A stretch of 64,000 nucleotides of DNA, taken from a virus. Taxonomy: Duplodnaviria; Caudoviricetes. Below, piece by piece: positions 39,887 to 49,718 of this stretch. The notes beneath the pieces are model-generated. The model was not told where the DNA came from, did not search any database, and worked only from the letters and a program-made list of their open reading frames with translations. The position numbers and the translations under genes are program-made. Numbering within the stretch: position 1 is the first letter of the stretch; every line of letters begins with the position of its first letter. The stretch is taken from IMG/VR virus record IMGVR_UViG_3300021426_000002, positions 89,203 to 153,202 of that record; one strand, 5' to 3'.

Positions 39887-42800
39887 TTACCATTTAATAT
39901 TTCGTTTTGCAAGAGCAGAACCGCCAACCAAACGATCAACTGTAATGCTCTGAATGAACTTCTCAAACTTCTTATCGGCCTTAATCTGATTAACAAGATC
40001 ATTATAATCTTCAACATGCTCAATCGGGATATTGACAGAAATACCGCCAACATCCACACCGGCACGACCAGACACAGTAGACAAGCCACCGAGAAGAGAA
40101 GCGGAGTCAAGGAGTCTGCCTGTCAATCCGAGTTTTGCTAAGAACGCTTGCGGATTATTGCCAAAGCTGAAAATATTATCCGTAGCCTTTGCACTAAGAA
40201 CAGCATCGCCACTATTCAGCTTAGTCAACATCGCATTTTGTGTAGGACTGAGAATTGCTTCACTGCCGTATTCCTGTGTCCATGCGAAACCATCAGTAGC
40301 ACGCCTTACGCCACGTGCATACGCTTTGACATACTGTTTAGAAACCCAACCCCAATAGTCTTCCTTGCTATTGTGTACTCTGATATGCAGCCAGCCGTTA
40401 GATTCTTTCCAGTCTGTTTCAACTATATTTCCCTTTGCAAGCTGTCGAATAACCGTTCCGCTTGCGTTCGGCGCATTGCGCACATTAAGTCTGTCAGAAC
40501 CATTCGTGAAGATAGGAGTAACAATGCCGTTTCCGGTTTTTGTATTCCCGCTCTTCTTGCTAGTTTTGCTCTTTGAAGTAGACTTCTTCGGCTTTGTCAC
40601 ACTAGTTGATTTCGTTGTAGAATTAACCGTTGACTTTGCTTCTTTTTCGCTTTGACCAATCATACTAGCCACTCTAGCATCAATCTGCGAAAGCACATAA
40701 TTGACTGTAGTAAGCTGAGAATTAAATGTATCGCCGTACTGTGTGATAATGCTTGTCGCATCAGACATGCTCTTATCCCAAGTAGCGCTCATTTCGTCTG
40801 TCAAAGTATAGCCAACATCATTAGCTGCACTATGTAGAGTATCACTTATCGCAACGGCATTATTATTGATTGTGCCTATCATTTCAGTGATAGAATAATC
40901 AACTTCGTCCATGCGCTGATTGATATTTTCCTCATACTCTGAATACATGTCATTAAGCATCTTTTTCTGATCTTTAACATATTTATCGTATTCAGTTTCG
41001 GCTAAATCTGCTTGCGCTTCTTCCAAATCAGCTTGTAACTTTTGGATTCTTGCACGATTCTCTTCTGATGTATCACCGCCATAAGCTGATAACTGCTTTT
41101 GGATTTTAGCTATTGTCTCTGTCTGTTTTCTTACCTTTTTCTGGTAATCATACAAATCTTTCGTCCTGTCAAGAGTGTCCGTATATTCATCAATTACTTT
41201 CTTCATAGAACTTAATTGAGCATCGTAACCGTCTTTGACTAAATCCATAATCGCATCTTTTTCGTCTTCGGCAGCAAGAATCATCTTGCGCTGTAATTCA
41301 TACATCTTTTCACGCCGTTCGATCAGATTTGTGTTATATGGATCAGAACTAAGTTCCTTATTGAGTTTCCGTATTTGTTCAGCGTAATCATCGGCTTGTG
41401 ACATGTAGACATTGTACCGCTGACCGTGAAGACCCATTGTAGCTAATCCGGCATCAGTTAATAAACCGTCTTCGTCTTTAAGTTCTCTATGACTTAACAA
41501 AGAAATCATGAATTCAGCTTCGTCATTGATTGTTCCAATGCGATCTTCCAGATAATCGAAATTATCCCATTTAAGTTCCTTGATTTGTTGTGCTAATTTT
41601 GCAAGTTCAATATTAGACTCTTGAAGTTCTTCCTTCGTCTTATTGATTTCTTCATTGAATTCATACCATTGCTGTGAACCTTGCTCAATATAACCGGAAT
41701 TCATTGCCTGGTTATATCTTGTTATGAGCGAGTTAAGTTCTTTTTGCAGTATGGAATTATGCTGACGCTCTGCACTTTCCATCGCTTTGTAGTATGTTGA
41801 ACCAACTAAACGCCCTCTTGCTTCAAGAAGATCAACGCCATTCTTATACGTTTCTGTTAAGTGGTCAATTAACTTAATCTGATGGTCATAATTCTTTTGC
41901 GCATTCTCAAAAGCAGTAGTATAAAGTTCAGCCATTTTCTCTTTAAGTTCATCTACTGCGTCTTTTGCACTAAGCGCCTTTTCATAGAAATCTTTAAACT
42001 TGCTAATCTTATCGTTTAAGTCATTGTCTGTAATGTGTTCAATGAGTGAAGCATTTCCGCTCTTAACTTTGCTCTGCCAAGAAGCATCAAGACCAACCGC
42101 ATTGGCTTGTCCTAAATACGCTTGATATGCTTTTTGCTGTGCAGTAATTTGATCTTTGACTTTCGAAATTTCCTTCGTTAAGTTTTGACTTCTATTACTC
42201 CAAGTCTTGTAAACATTATCAACGGCTTTTTCAAGTTTCTTTATACCACGCTCTAAGCGGTCAATGAATATTTCAACCCAATCAAGGACTTTATCAGAAT
42301 CACTTCCGGACGCAAATGCAGTACCACTAGCGAATGCATTACCACTAGCATAAGCGTGTCCACGTGAATTGATATGACCGTTTTTGAGAATTTGTTCTGT
42401 CTGTACATGATTGAAAACAATTGCTCCGGCGGGGATGTTGACGAATTCTGCGCCGTTTTCTCCGACCGTATACCAACGTCCAGATTTCGGGTCAACTATC
42501 ATTTCCTTCGCCAGCTCACCTACCAAAGCAGTACCGCCTTGATTAGTTCCCCATTTACCGCTTGCAAATGCGTTACCCATGAATTTGCCAGGGCCACTAG
42601 CATTTACCCAATTAACAGTTCCGGTTGCCGTAAAGCTAGTTTGTACACCGCTTGTATCATTACCCCATACAACGACACCGTTTGCGGTTTTCGTTGAAGC
42701 TGCATAACTGTCTACTTGACCAGTGCTATTAGACCATGTAACAACGCCTGTGCCTTGTTTCTCTTCGCCAGCGTAACTGTCAACTTCGCCGTGTTCTGCC

Positions 42801-45800
42801 GTGAATTTAACAATCGCTTCTGCGTTCAGAGAATTAAGTTCAGCCGTGATAGCAGCACCAGCACCGCCTTCAAGTTTTGCGCCAACCTCAACTTGTGAAC
42901 CAGACGCAAGAGACTGAATCTGAGAAGATAAGTCTGAACCTTCTTCAAGTCCGACCTGTGCTTTGATTTCCGGATCAAGTCCTTCAATCTCGCTTGCCAA
43001 ACTTTGAATGTTTGCTTCTGCTTCGCTTGTATCAATGCCAGCCATCTTAGCAGCTTCATACTCATTGAGTGCAGTTTGTAATTCTTGCAATTTGCTTATG
43101 GCATTACTTACACCTTCGTCAAAACCGGAAGTGTCAACGTCAATGCTCATAATACCGCTTGACTGTTCAAGTTCCTGTTTCTTCGCTAAAAGATCAGTAA
43201 CTTTTTGCTGTGCTTCTTCCGCACCCTCGGCATTGATATTGATAGAGCCATCTTCATTTCTGAATTGCTCTAATTGTTGCTGTGCGGTTTCAAGTTCGGA
43301 ATTAACTTGTGATAATGTAGCAGTAGAAGAAGCCCATGTATTATTGACAGTATATCCGGCTTCTTCGGCAGCACGAATCATAGTTTCCACTAACGAAACG
43401 TCAACACCTAAAGCCTGTGCGTATTCATCTGCTTTTGAAGCATCAAGAATATTTCCTTCACCAACTTGACCTAATTCACTAAGCGCACTAACGAAATTCT
43501 TAATACCGCCAGTCGTTTCATCAACTTTAGCATTTCCTTCTTCGTCCATAGTCATAAAGAAGTCTTTAACGCTGTATGAAGTTCCTTCAATGGTTTGACC
43601 AAGTTCTTCATATCTGTTCTTAACTTCTTCGGCTGAGAATGACGCTTGCTCTCCATAAGTCATTAAGTCAATATAGGCTTGTACTGAATCATCGTTAATC
43701 CAGCCTTGTTCAATTAAACTGCCTGTAGCTTCATAACCACTACCAGCGTTTTGATACATGTCACGCTCGTTAGCGCTAGACTGAGCAGCAACCCACTCAT
43801 TGTAAGCAGACGTTAAAGCATTGTACTGAGAAATAAGTTGTTCTGTTTGTGCGATTTGACCGCTGAACAGGTCAACCTTTGCCTGTGCGTCTGCGTAACC
43901 CTCGTCAGTCTCTTTGAGTTTGGTAAGTTCCGCATTTGCTTTGGCAAGATTCTCACTTTGTTCTCTTAACTGTTCATTCAGTTCTGCCTTTTTAAGATTT
44001 ACATATTGTTTCTGTAATTCTTTTAAAGCTGCGCTATTCGCACGAACGCCGTTTGCCGTATTGTAGAAAATCTTCGATTCATCGAATCCGTCTAAACTTC
44101 CAAATGTTTCACGAATATTAGTTAGCATCTCATTGGAAACGCCAGTATTCCCACGTGATTCAGAAAGCGCATTTCGCAATGTATCAATTTTTGCAGCTTC
44201 GCCCTCAATATTAAATTCAATTTCGATTGTCTCGCCCTGTAATGATTCAATCGCTCCTTGCCAATCCTCAATAGACCAATCAGAAGTATCATTCGTTTTC
44301 ATGATTCTGTAATATATCTTTAATTCTTCATCGCTTGCAGTTGCAAACAAATCATCGAGATATTTCTTAACTTCTTTATTCTTTACAGAATCCTTCATGT
44401 CGTTTAACTGCTTTGTTACTTCTTTCATATTGGTGCTGCCTGTCATGGCATTAATGGTCTGTGCAAGATCATCTATGTCAATTCCTGCATCTTGCGCAGC
44501 TTGCGCCATTTCGGAGAAATTTTCTTTAATGTCTTTTCCAGTAATTCCAGCTTCACCTTGCGCTTTCGCAAATTCAACCATATCATCTGCCATCTTTTTG
44601 TAGTTGGTATCTGACAAAAGATCATTGATTTTTGATTGCTTATAAGCTGCCTTTTCTGAATCCGTCATTAAGTCATAGGTAAGTTTATCAATTCTTTCTA
44701 CGTCTTTAGCATAACCTTCAATAGCTTCACCAGTAGAAGCATCTACAAGACCTTCTCTTAAATCATAGATATCTGATAAGTTATTTGAAATCTGTTTATT
44801 AAGATCGTTTTCGTCTCGCTTTGCTTGATCTATTTGCTTGCCAATTTTCTCATACTCTTTTGAACCATAATCATACTTGCTTTGTTCTTCTGTAAGTTCA
44901 GCAATCTTCTCTTGTTTTGCAATCATCTTATCTTGCAAATTAAGAGTTTCATCTATAATGTCAACACTCTCAGTCGTATATACAGGTTTCTCTTTTGTAC
45001 CTGTATTATTCGTAACCATACGTGTATTTTCATTAAGCGCTAAACTTGCATCAGACGCAGCTTGTGATTGCTGTGTATTAGCAACTTTTTGTTTCAACGC
45101 TGCTTGCTTTTTGAGTTGTTCATTAGTTGCAGTAAGCATATTTAACTGTGCTTCTTCAACCAGAGTAAGAGTGCCTTTTGATTTTAATTCATCAATCGTA
45201 GCTGAGTTTTCTTTAATCTTTGCATTAAGTCCGTCAAGTTCTCCTTGTGTAGCTTGATACTCACTGTAAGAATTATCAGCGGACTCTTTTAAATCATCAA
45301 ATGTTTTAGTTGCGTTTGCCACGGCAGCCATAGCAATACCAGTAGCAGCAACAACCATCATCGCCCAACCAACAGGATTGGTTGTTAAGAATGCAATCAT
45401 ACCAGTAGCAGCTTGTTTCAATGCGCCAGCCAAACCAAGTGTTGCTCCGGTTGCGCCAGTAGCAGACGCAGCAAATTCTGTATTGGCTACAACCGCTGCT
45501 GTCATTTGTGCAGAATAGCCAGCACTAACCATAGCTTCTTCCGCTTGTGCTGCTGTAAATCCGGCAACAGCCATCATCTTAGCTGCTTCGCTTGTGGTAA
45601 GACCATTTGCAATAGCAATCTGCGCTGTCTGTGCTGCACTATATCCAATCATTGCCGTTGTTGCGCCAATAGTCTCAGCACTCATTCCGGCAAGGGCAGC
45701 TTTAACCGCATTATAATGGGCACTTATTGACGGAGCACTACCAAATAATTGTGAAAAAGCAGTAGCAACTTTACCCATATTTTGTAAATTGCCAAGATTT

Positions 45801-46516
45801 TTCATGAATGCAAATATACCACCGGCAGCACCTAACGTTCCAAACAAACCTAATTTATCGGTCAATGCATCAACTACACTAAGCAATGCTGTAAGTCCGT
45901 CAACAACCATGCCAATATCTTTTCTTGCAAAAAGATTTTGTGCAATACCTGTTCCGGTTTCTTTCAGCGCATTAAGTTTGTATGAAATTGATTGAGTGAT
46001 AACACCCATTTCCTTTTCAGCATTACCCGCCGAATTCTGCATCTTCTCCAATGCAGCTTCAACAGTGGCAAAGTTTTTGATAAGAGCAGAACCAGCCTGT
46101 GCGCCACGCTTACCAAACAAATCATTCAAAAGCGCTGTCTGATTTTTGGCGCTCATTTCATCCCATACTTCGGAAAGTTCACGGAAGTAATCAACGAAAT
46201 CTTTGTATTGAGTTTGTGTAGCGTCTGTGAAGATTGATACACCTTGCGCATGTTCAGCCGTTTTTGTTAAGTCAATAATATCACCATTGATATTTACAAG
46301 GTCTTCACTGACTTCTTCTGTCTCTTCATCAAAGCCACGCATACGGAGTGACATACTTCTAAGCGCTGTACCTGTACTTGCGGGGTCTTGCAAAACTTCT
46401 TCTGCTGCTGTGAAAAGGGCGATAGTAGAATCAAGGTCTTGCCCCATCGCTGACATAGCAGCCGATGAACGTTTAAGACCTTCCAAAATGTCTGTGTTAC
46501 TAACGGCAAAATTATT
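39887..46516 (-). CDS. tape measure protein, exon 4 (with C-terminal SH3b domain)
   Basis: NNFAVS...GTALRSMSLRMRG TMP motif, long coiled coils, ALVGELAKE, and LNVRNAP...GWVS..YV SH3b. Confidence 0.9.
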   Translation of the reverse strand, partial: NNFAVSNTDILEGLKRSSAAMSAMGQDLDSTIALFTAAEEVLQDPASTGTALRSMSLRMRGFDEETEEVSEDLVNINGDIIDLTKTAEHAQGVSIFTDATQTQYKDFVDYFRELSEVWDEMSAKNQTALLNDLFGKRGAQAGSALIKNFATVEAALEKMQNSAGNAEKEMGVITQSISYKLNALKETGTGIAQNLFARKDIGMVVDGLTALLSVVDALTDKLGLFGTLGAAGGIFAFMKNLGNLQNMGKVATAFSQLFGSAPSISAHYNAVKAALAGMSAETIGATTAMIGYSAAQTAQIAIANGLTTSEAAKMMAVAGFTAAQAEEAMVSAGYSAQMTAAVVANTEFAASATGATGATLGLAGALKQAATGMIAFLTTNPVGWAMMVVAATGIAMAAVANATKTFDDLKESADNSYSEYQATQGELDGLNAKIKENSATIDELKSKGTLTLVEEAQLNMLTATNEQLKKQAALKQKVANTQQSQAASDASLALNENTRMVTNNTGTKEKPVYTTESVDIIDETLNLQDKMIAKQEKIAELTEEQSKYDYGSKEYEKIGKQIDQAKRDENDLNKQISNNLSDIYDLREGLVDASTGEAIEGYAKDVERIDKLTYDLMTDSEKAAYKQSKINDLLSDTNYKKMADDMVEFAKAQGEAGITGKDIKENFSEMAQAAQDAGIDIDDLAQTINAMTGSTNMKEVTKQLNDMKDSVKNKEVKKYLDDLFATASDEELKIYYRIMKTNDTSDWSIEDWQGAIESLQGETIEIEFNIEGEAAKIDTLRNALSESRGNTGVSNEMLTNIRETFGSLDGFDESKIFYNTANGVRANSAALKELQKQYVNLKKAELNEQLREQSENLAKANAELTKLKETDEGYADAQAKVDLFSGQIAQTEQLISQYNALTSAYNEWVAAQSSANERDMYQNAGSGYEATGSLIEQGWINDDSVQAYIDLMTYGEQASFSAEEVKNRYEELGQTIEGTSYSVKDFFMTMDEEGNAKVDETTGGIKNFVSALSELGQVGEGNILDASKADEYAQALGVDVSLVETMIRAAEEAGYTVNNTWASSTATLSQVNSELETAQQQLEQFRNEDGSININAEGAEEAQQKVTDLLAKKQELEQSSGIMSIDVDTSGFDEGVSNAISKLQELQTALNEYEAAKMAGIDTSEAEANIQSLASEIEGLDPEIKAQVGLEEGSDLSSQIQSLASGSQVEVGAKLEGGAGAAITAELNSLNAEAIVKFTAEHGEVDSYAGEEKQGTGVVTWSNSTGQVDSYAASTKTANGVVVWGNDTSGVQTSFTATGTVNWVNASGPGKFMGNAFASGKWGTNQGGTALVGELAKEMIVDPKSGRWYTVGENGAEFVNIPAGAIVFNHVQTEQILKNGHINSRGHAYASGNAFASGTAFASGSDSDKVLDWVEIFIDRLERGIKKLEKAVDNVYKTWSNRSQNLTKEISKVKDQITAQQKAYQAYLGQANAVGLDASWQSKVKSGNASLIEHITDNDLNDKISKFKDFYEKALSAKDAVDELKEKMAELYTTAFENAQKNYDHQIKLIDHLTETYKNGVDLLEARGRLVGSTYYKAMESAERQHNSILQKELNSLITRYNQAMNSGYIEQGSQQWYEFNEEINKTKEELQESNIELAKLAQQIKELKWDNFDYLEDRIGTINDEAEFMISLLSHRELKDEDGLLTDAGLATMGLHGQRYNVYMSQADDYAEQIRKLNKELSSDPYNTNLIERREKMYELQRKMILAAEDEKDAIMDLVKDGYDAQLSSMKKVIDEYTDTLDRTKDLYDYQKKVRKQTETIAKIQKQLSAYGGDTSEENRARIQKLQADLEEAQADLAETEYDKYVKDQKKMLNDMYSEYEENINQRMDEVDYSITEMIGTINNNAVAISDTLHSAANDVGYTLTDEMSATWDKSMSDATSIITQYGDTFNSQLTTVNYVLSQIDARVASMIGQSEKEAKSTVNSTTKSTSVTKPKKSTSKSKTSKKSGNTKTGNGIVTPIFTNGSDRLNVRNAPNASGTVIRQLAKGNIVETDWKESNGWLHIRVHNSKEDYWGWVSKQYVKAYARGVRRATDGFAWTQEYGSEAILSPTQNAMLTKLNSGDAVLSAKATDNIFSFGNNPQAFLAKLGLTGRLLDSASLLGGLSTVSGRAGVDVGGISVNIPIEHVEDYNDLVNQIKADKKFEKFIQSITVDRLVGGSALAKRNIKW

Positions 46517-46812
46517 CATTCTGTTGCTTTTATGACCATAACAGAGTTATGGCGATAAGGACGTTAATCCTTATTCTCACGTTTCATTGCCTATGAGTTA
46601 TAGCGTGAGTCCAGACTATATATTACATCCCTCTATAAAGAGTAGGATGGATAACTTCAATGCGTATATTACTATGCGCATCCTGTAGTCGTTAGGGATA
46701 AATTATATTTTTAAAAATATAAAGTCTTTCCTCGGTCTTGAATACTCCTATCCTTTAACCGATATAGTTATCTGCTTGACCATGCATTACTGTATGATCT
46801 CGGCAATATTTT
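46517..46812 (-). mobile_element. group I intron 3 of the tape measure gene (296 nt, no ORF)
   Basis: P1 TCGGT|AAAATATT-GCCGA with a U.G pair; AACGACTA / TATAGTCT P7; ends in G. Splicing gives KINIVG|NNFAVS. Confidence 0.85.
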
Positions 46813-46873
46813 ACCGACAATATTAATTTTTGATGCAACTCCGTCTAAAGCGTCATCCGCTTCAATGTTAAAT
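46813..46873 (-). CDS. tape measure protein, exon 3 (61 nt)
   Basis: Encodes (A)FNIEADDALDGVASKINIVG, in frame with both neighbouring exons. Confidence 0.85.
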
Positions 46874-47337
46874 CATTTGTATTAATTGTGACCGCAAATC
46901 ACAATAAACATATTATATGTTTCTTATTCTTTCGAATAAGGCTAGACTATTTCTTATTCCTAATATTTAGGATCACACCTTTTCGATTTAATGGATTTTC
47001 ACCAACGCCGTTTACGATTGCGCCCTACTCCTAATATTGTGAATATTCGGGATTTCCACCCTTATTCATAAATCCACAACCCTATATGGGGGATAGTCGT
47101 TGAACCTTTTCCCTCGGCTAACACTGTTTGTTCAACAGAATACGTTAGGGAACTTGGCTGCATGAACTACGATTATTAAAGCACTTAGGCTTTTAGCCAT
47201 ATGCCATCCTTGCGTTGTTTCTACTTTCGTACCTTCATATAGTGCTTTCGCCTATATTGTGGTGCAAGGCTTTACGTTTTACCTGCAATTAAATGTGTTC
47301 TAGTTGCACATTGCTATACAACAAGGCATTTATGTTT
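46874..47337 (-). mobile_element. group I intron 2 of the tape measure gene (464 nt, no ORF)
   Basis: P1 AAGGC|AAACATAAAT-GCCTT; TTGCAGG...CATGCAG; TTCAACGACTA / AAATAGTCT P7; ends in G. Splicing gives IMKA|FNIE. Confidence 0.8.
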
Positions 47338-47449
47338 GCCTTCATTATTGAAACCAGACCTGTTGTTGCATCGTCTATAGTAGCGCCAGGAGAAATAGAT
47401 TTAAAAAGAGATGAAACTTGCGCCATAGTTTTTGAGTCATTCAGATTAT
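47338..47449 (-). CDS. tape measure protein, exon 2 (112 nt)
   Basis: Encodes (Y)NLNDSKTMAQVSSLFKSISPGATIDDATTGLVSIMK(A). Confidence 0.85.
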
Positions 47450-48625
47450 CCTAATTGTTACTTTTTTGTTTATACAAACAAAAAGGGTAGGTCATTTCTG
47501 CCTACCTCTGCAATTTCATTATTTAATTGGATTATATTTGCAGAGCAGATCATACCATCAACTCAGTGAGTTGGTCAGCATACGTCACATGATTACTCAT
47601 GCAACTGTGATCGTTACGGGATTTAAGTTATTATTTAATATTCTCCTTACTTCATCATTTGATAATGTATAGGGTAAACATATCAAAGTTATATTATTAT
47701 TTTCACAAAATTGTTTTTTAATATTATCATTTAGGACTAGAGTTTTGAATCGCTCTTTTCCTCCAAAATGGTCAACAGGTATATAGTGTTGTTGACCTTG
47801 ACACTCGATGCAAAATTTCTTTTCACCAAGTTCTATATAGAAATCAAAAGGAAGAGGGAAATGATTTCGGCACTCGCTAAATCTGTATTCTCTTTCGTAC
47901 TTTATATTTAATTCATCTAAGATAGATTCAACAAGTTCTTCGTATTTGCTTATTTTGTTGCAACCACATGAACGTGTTTTGCCACGTAAAAGATTTCCGG
48001 AACGGATTATCTTTCTTTTTCCGCAATCACATTCACATAGCCAACCGACACCACCGTTTGAGTATCGTTTGTCTGTTTTCTCAATTACTGTCAAATGTCC
48101 AAACGTCATGCCGGTTAAATCTTTTTCGTGGTTTTGCCGATTGTATTTTGAATCTCGTTCTAGGCAGCCACACGATTTTGTAGCACCACATATTAAATTT
48201 GCTGCTGATGCTATACTACGTTCACCGCACTCACAAATACATCTTACATGGCCTAACGGTAACATTTCAATAATTTCTAATTTACCGTATTTCTCTCCAA
48301 CCCTGTTTACTTTTGGTTTTGGATGTCTATCATTACAACCGCATGATTGTACTATATCTTTTAGCAATATTGACTTGCTATAATAACAATACTCTCCGCA
48401 ATCGCATAGACATTTGTATTTTGGTCTTCCTGTTTGTTGATAATTGTCTATCTTCTCAACAACAATTAAATCACCAAATCTTTTTCCTATTAGTTCGTCT
48501 ATATCCAAATATTACATTTTGAAAATAATAACTTAATCTTACCCTCGGTGTTGTCCATCCCTGGGTTTTCACCGATTTGAGCTGACTTTGCATTCGAAAG
48601 TTGCCTTCCGATGGGACTTTTCAAG
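47450..48625 (-). mobile_element. group I intron 1 of the tape measure gene (1176 nt, contains endonuclease ORF)
   Basis: P1 GGAT|CTTGAAAA-GTCC with a U.G pair; ATCGGTGAA...ACACCGAG; covaried P7 GATCA/TGATC; ends in G. Splicing gives WSRLG-Y-NL. Confidence 0.85.
47597..48508 (-). CDS. intron-encoded homing endonuclease (3 Cys-rich repeats + Vsr/DUF559-like nuclease domain)
   Basis: Three G..FG.L.V...C.C(D/E)CG...SCGC repeats; C-terminal LPFDFY...IECQG.QHY...D..K..FC. Confidence 0.75.
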   Translation of the reverse strand: MDIDELIGKRFGDLIVVEKIDNYQQTGRPKYKCLCDCGEYCYYSKSILLKDIVQSCGCNDRHPKPKVNRVGEKYGKLEIIEMLPLGHVRCICECGERSIASAANLICGATKSCGCLERDSKYNRQNHEKDLTGMTFGHLTVIEKTDKRYSNGGVGWLCECDCGKRKIIRSGNLLRGKTRSCGCNKISKYEELVESILDELNIKYEREYRFSECRNHFPLPFDFYIELGEKKFCIECQGQQHYIPVDHFGGKERFKTLVLNDNIKKQFCENNNITLICLPYTLSNDEVRRILNNNLNPVTITVA

Positions 48626-49694
48626 ATCCGAGCCGGGACCAGTCGGCGGTTGACTGAATAACTTCCCTTGTAGTCGTTCCATACTCTTTTGCAATGTCAT
48701 TCGCTTGATAATAGAAACTGTTCAATTCCTTTGAACTTGCCGTTGTGGTTTTCTGCAAATCGACAAGAGCATCATCAAGTTCAATGACAGAATTAACCAT
48801 TTGTTTTGTCGCTCTAATAGTTGTATATATAACAGTCGCAGCCGAAACATAACGTGACAGCTTATCGAATGATCCTTTTAATCTGTCACCAAAAGTTTGA
48901 CCAACTGCGCCAGCAGATTCAGCAGCCGTTTTAAGATTATTAATCTGCTGTGTAAGTCCCATCAATTCACCTTGCGTTACCGTATCACCGGACGCAAGTC
49001 TTGATTGAAACTCGTTTATCTTTCCTCTGATAAGATCAATATCATCACCAAAAACTCTGGTAGCTTTTGAATTCTTTTCAAGCCAAGAAGAAAAGCCATT
49101 ATCAATCTTAGACACATCAAACGATGTAGCCATGACTTTACTTTCCGCATTAACAAGATTAAGTTCGTTTCTGAATTCAGTTAAACCTAACCTAAAACGC
49201 TCATACGCTTGAATCTGGTCTTCCGGAGTTTTAGCAGTAGAAAGATTATTCTCTAATACTTGTAACTGCTGAAATTCTGTTTCTAATCGTTTTAGCGCTT
49301 CTGCGCCAGTATTACCAAACTGCTCTAGTTTAGTTCCGCTAAGATTAACGCTACCAATCTTTGTCAAGAAACCATACGTCTTCTGAAACTGCGCATTAAG
49401 TCTCTCAACAGAAGCGTCAACACTGCCGTTTGCTAATTCATTATTTATTCTATTGGTTAAACTATTCTTAGCATCACCAGAACCATTACCATTTCCAATG
49501 CCGTTGATTGGAATGTTGATCTTTACTTTGCTAAGTGCGGATTGAATTTGGGAAACAATTTTAGAAGCATCGACAGTAACGCTATCAATTTTGACGTTAC
49601 TTAGCTTAATGGGATTTTTGCCAATCTTATTTATAGAGGACTGAACTTTCGATGTATCAAGTTCAGCTATAATTTTGGCTTTAAATTCTGCCAT
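48626..49694 (-). CDS. tape measure protein, exon 1
   Basis: V.ELDDAL.DL.KTT...A.EYG.T..EVI.STADWSRLG, the start of the TP901-type TMP core; ends in U. Confidence 0.85.
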
Positions 49695-49718
49695 TGTTAC
49701 CCTCCAACTTAATCATCA

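Noticed and set aside
46517-48625. Group II introns or free-standing ncRNAs in the TMP gap
   Set aside because: No GUGYG 5' end, domain V or reverse transcriptase. P1, P7 and terminal-G features plus exact frame restoration fit group I introns.
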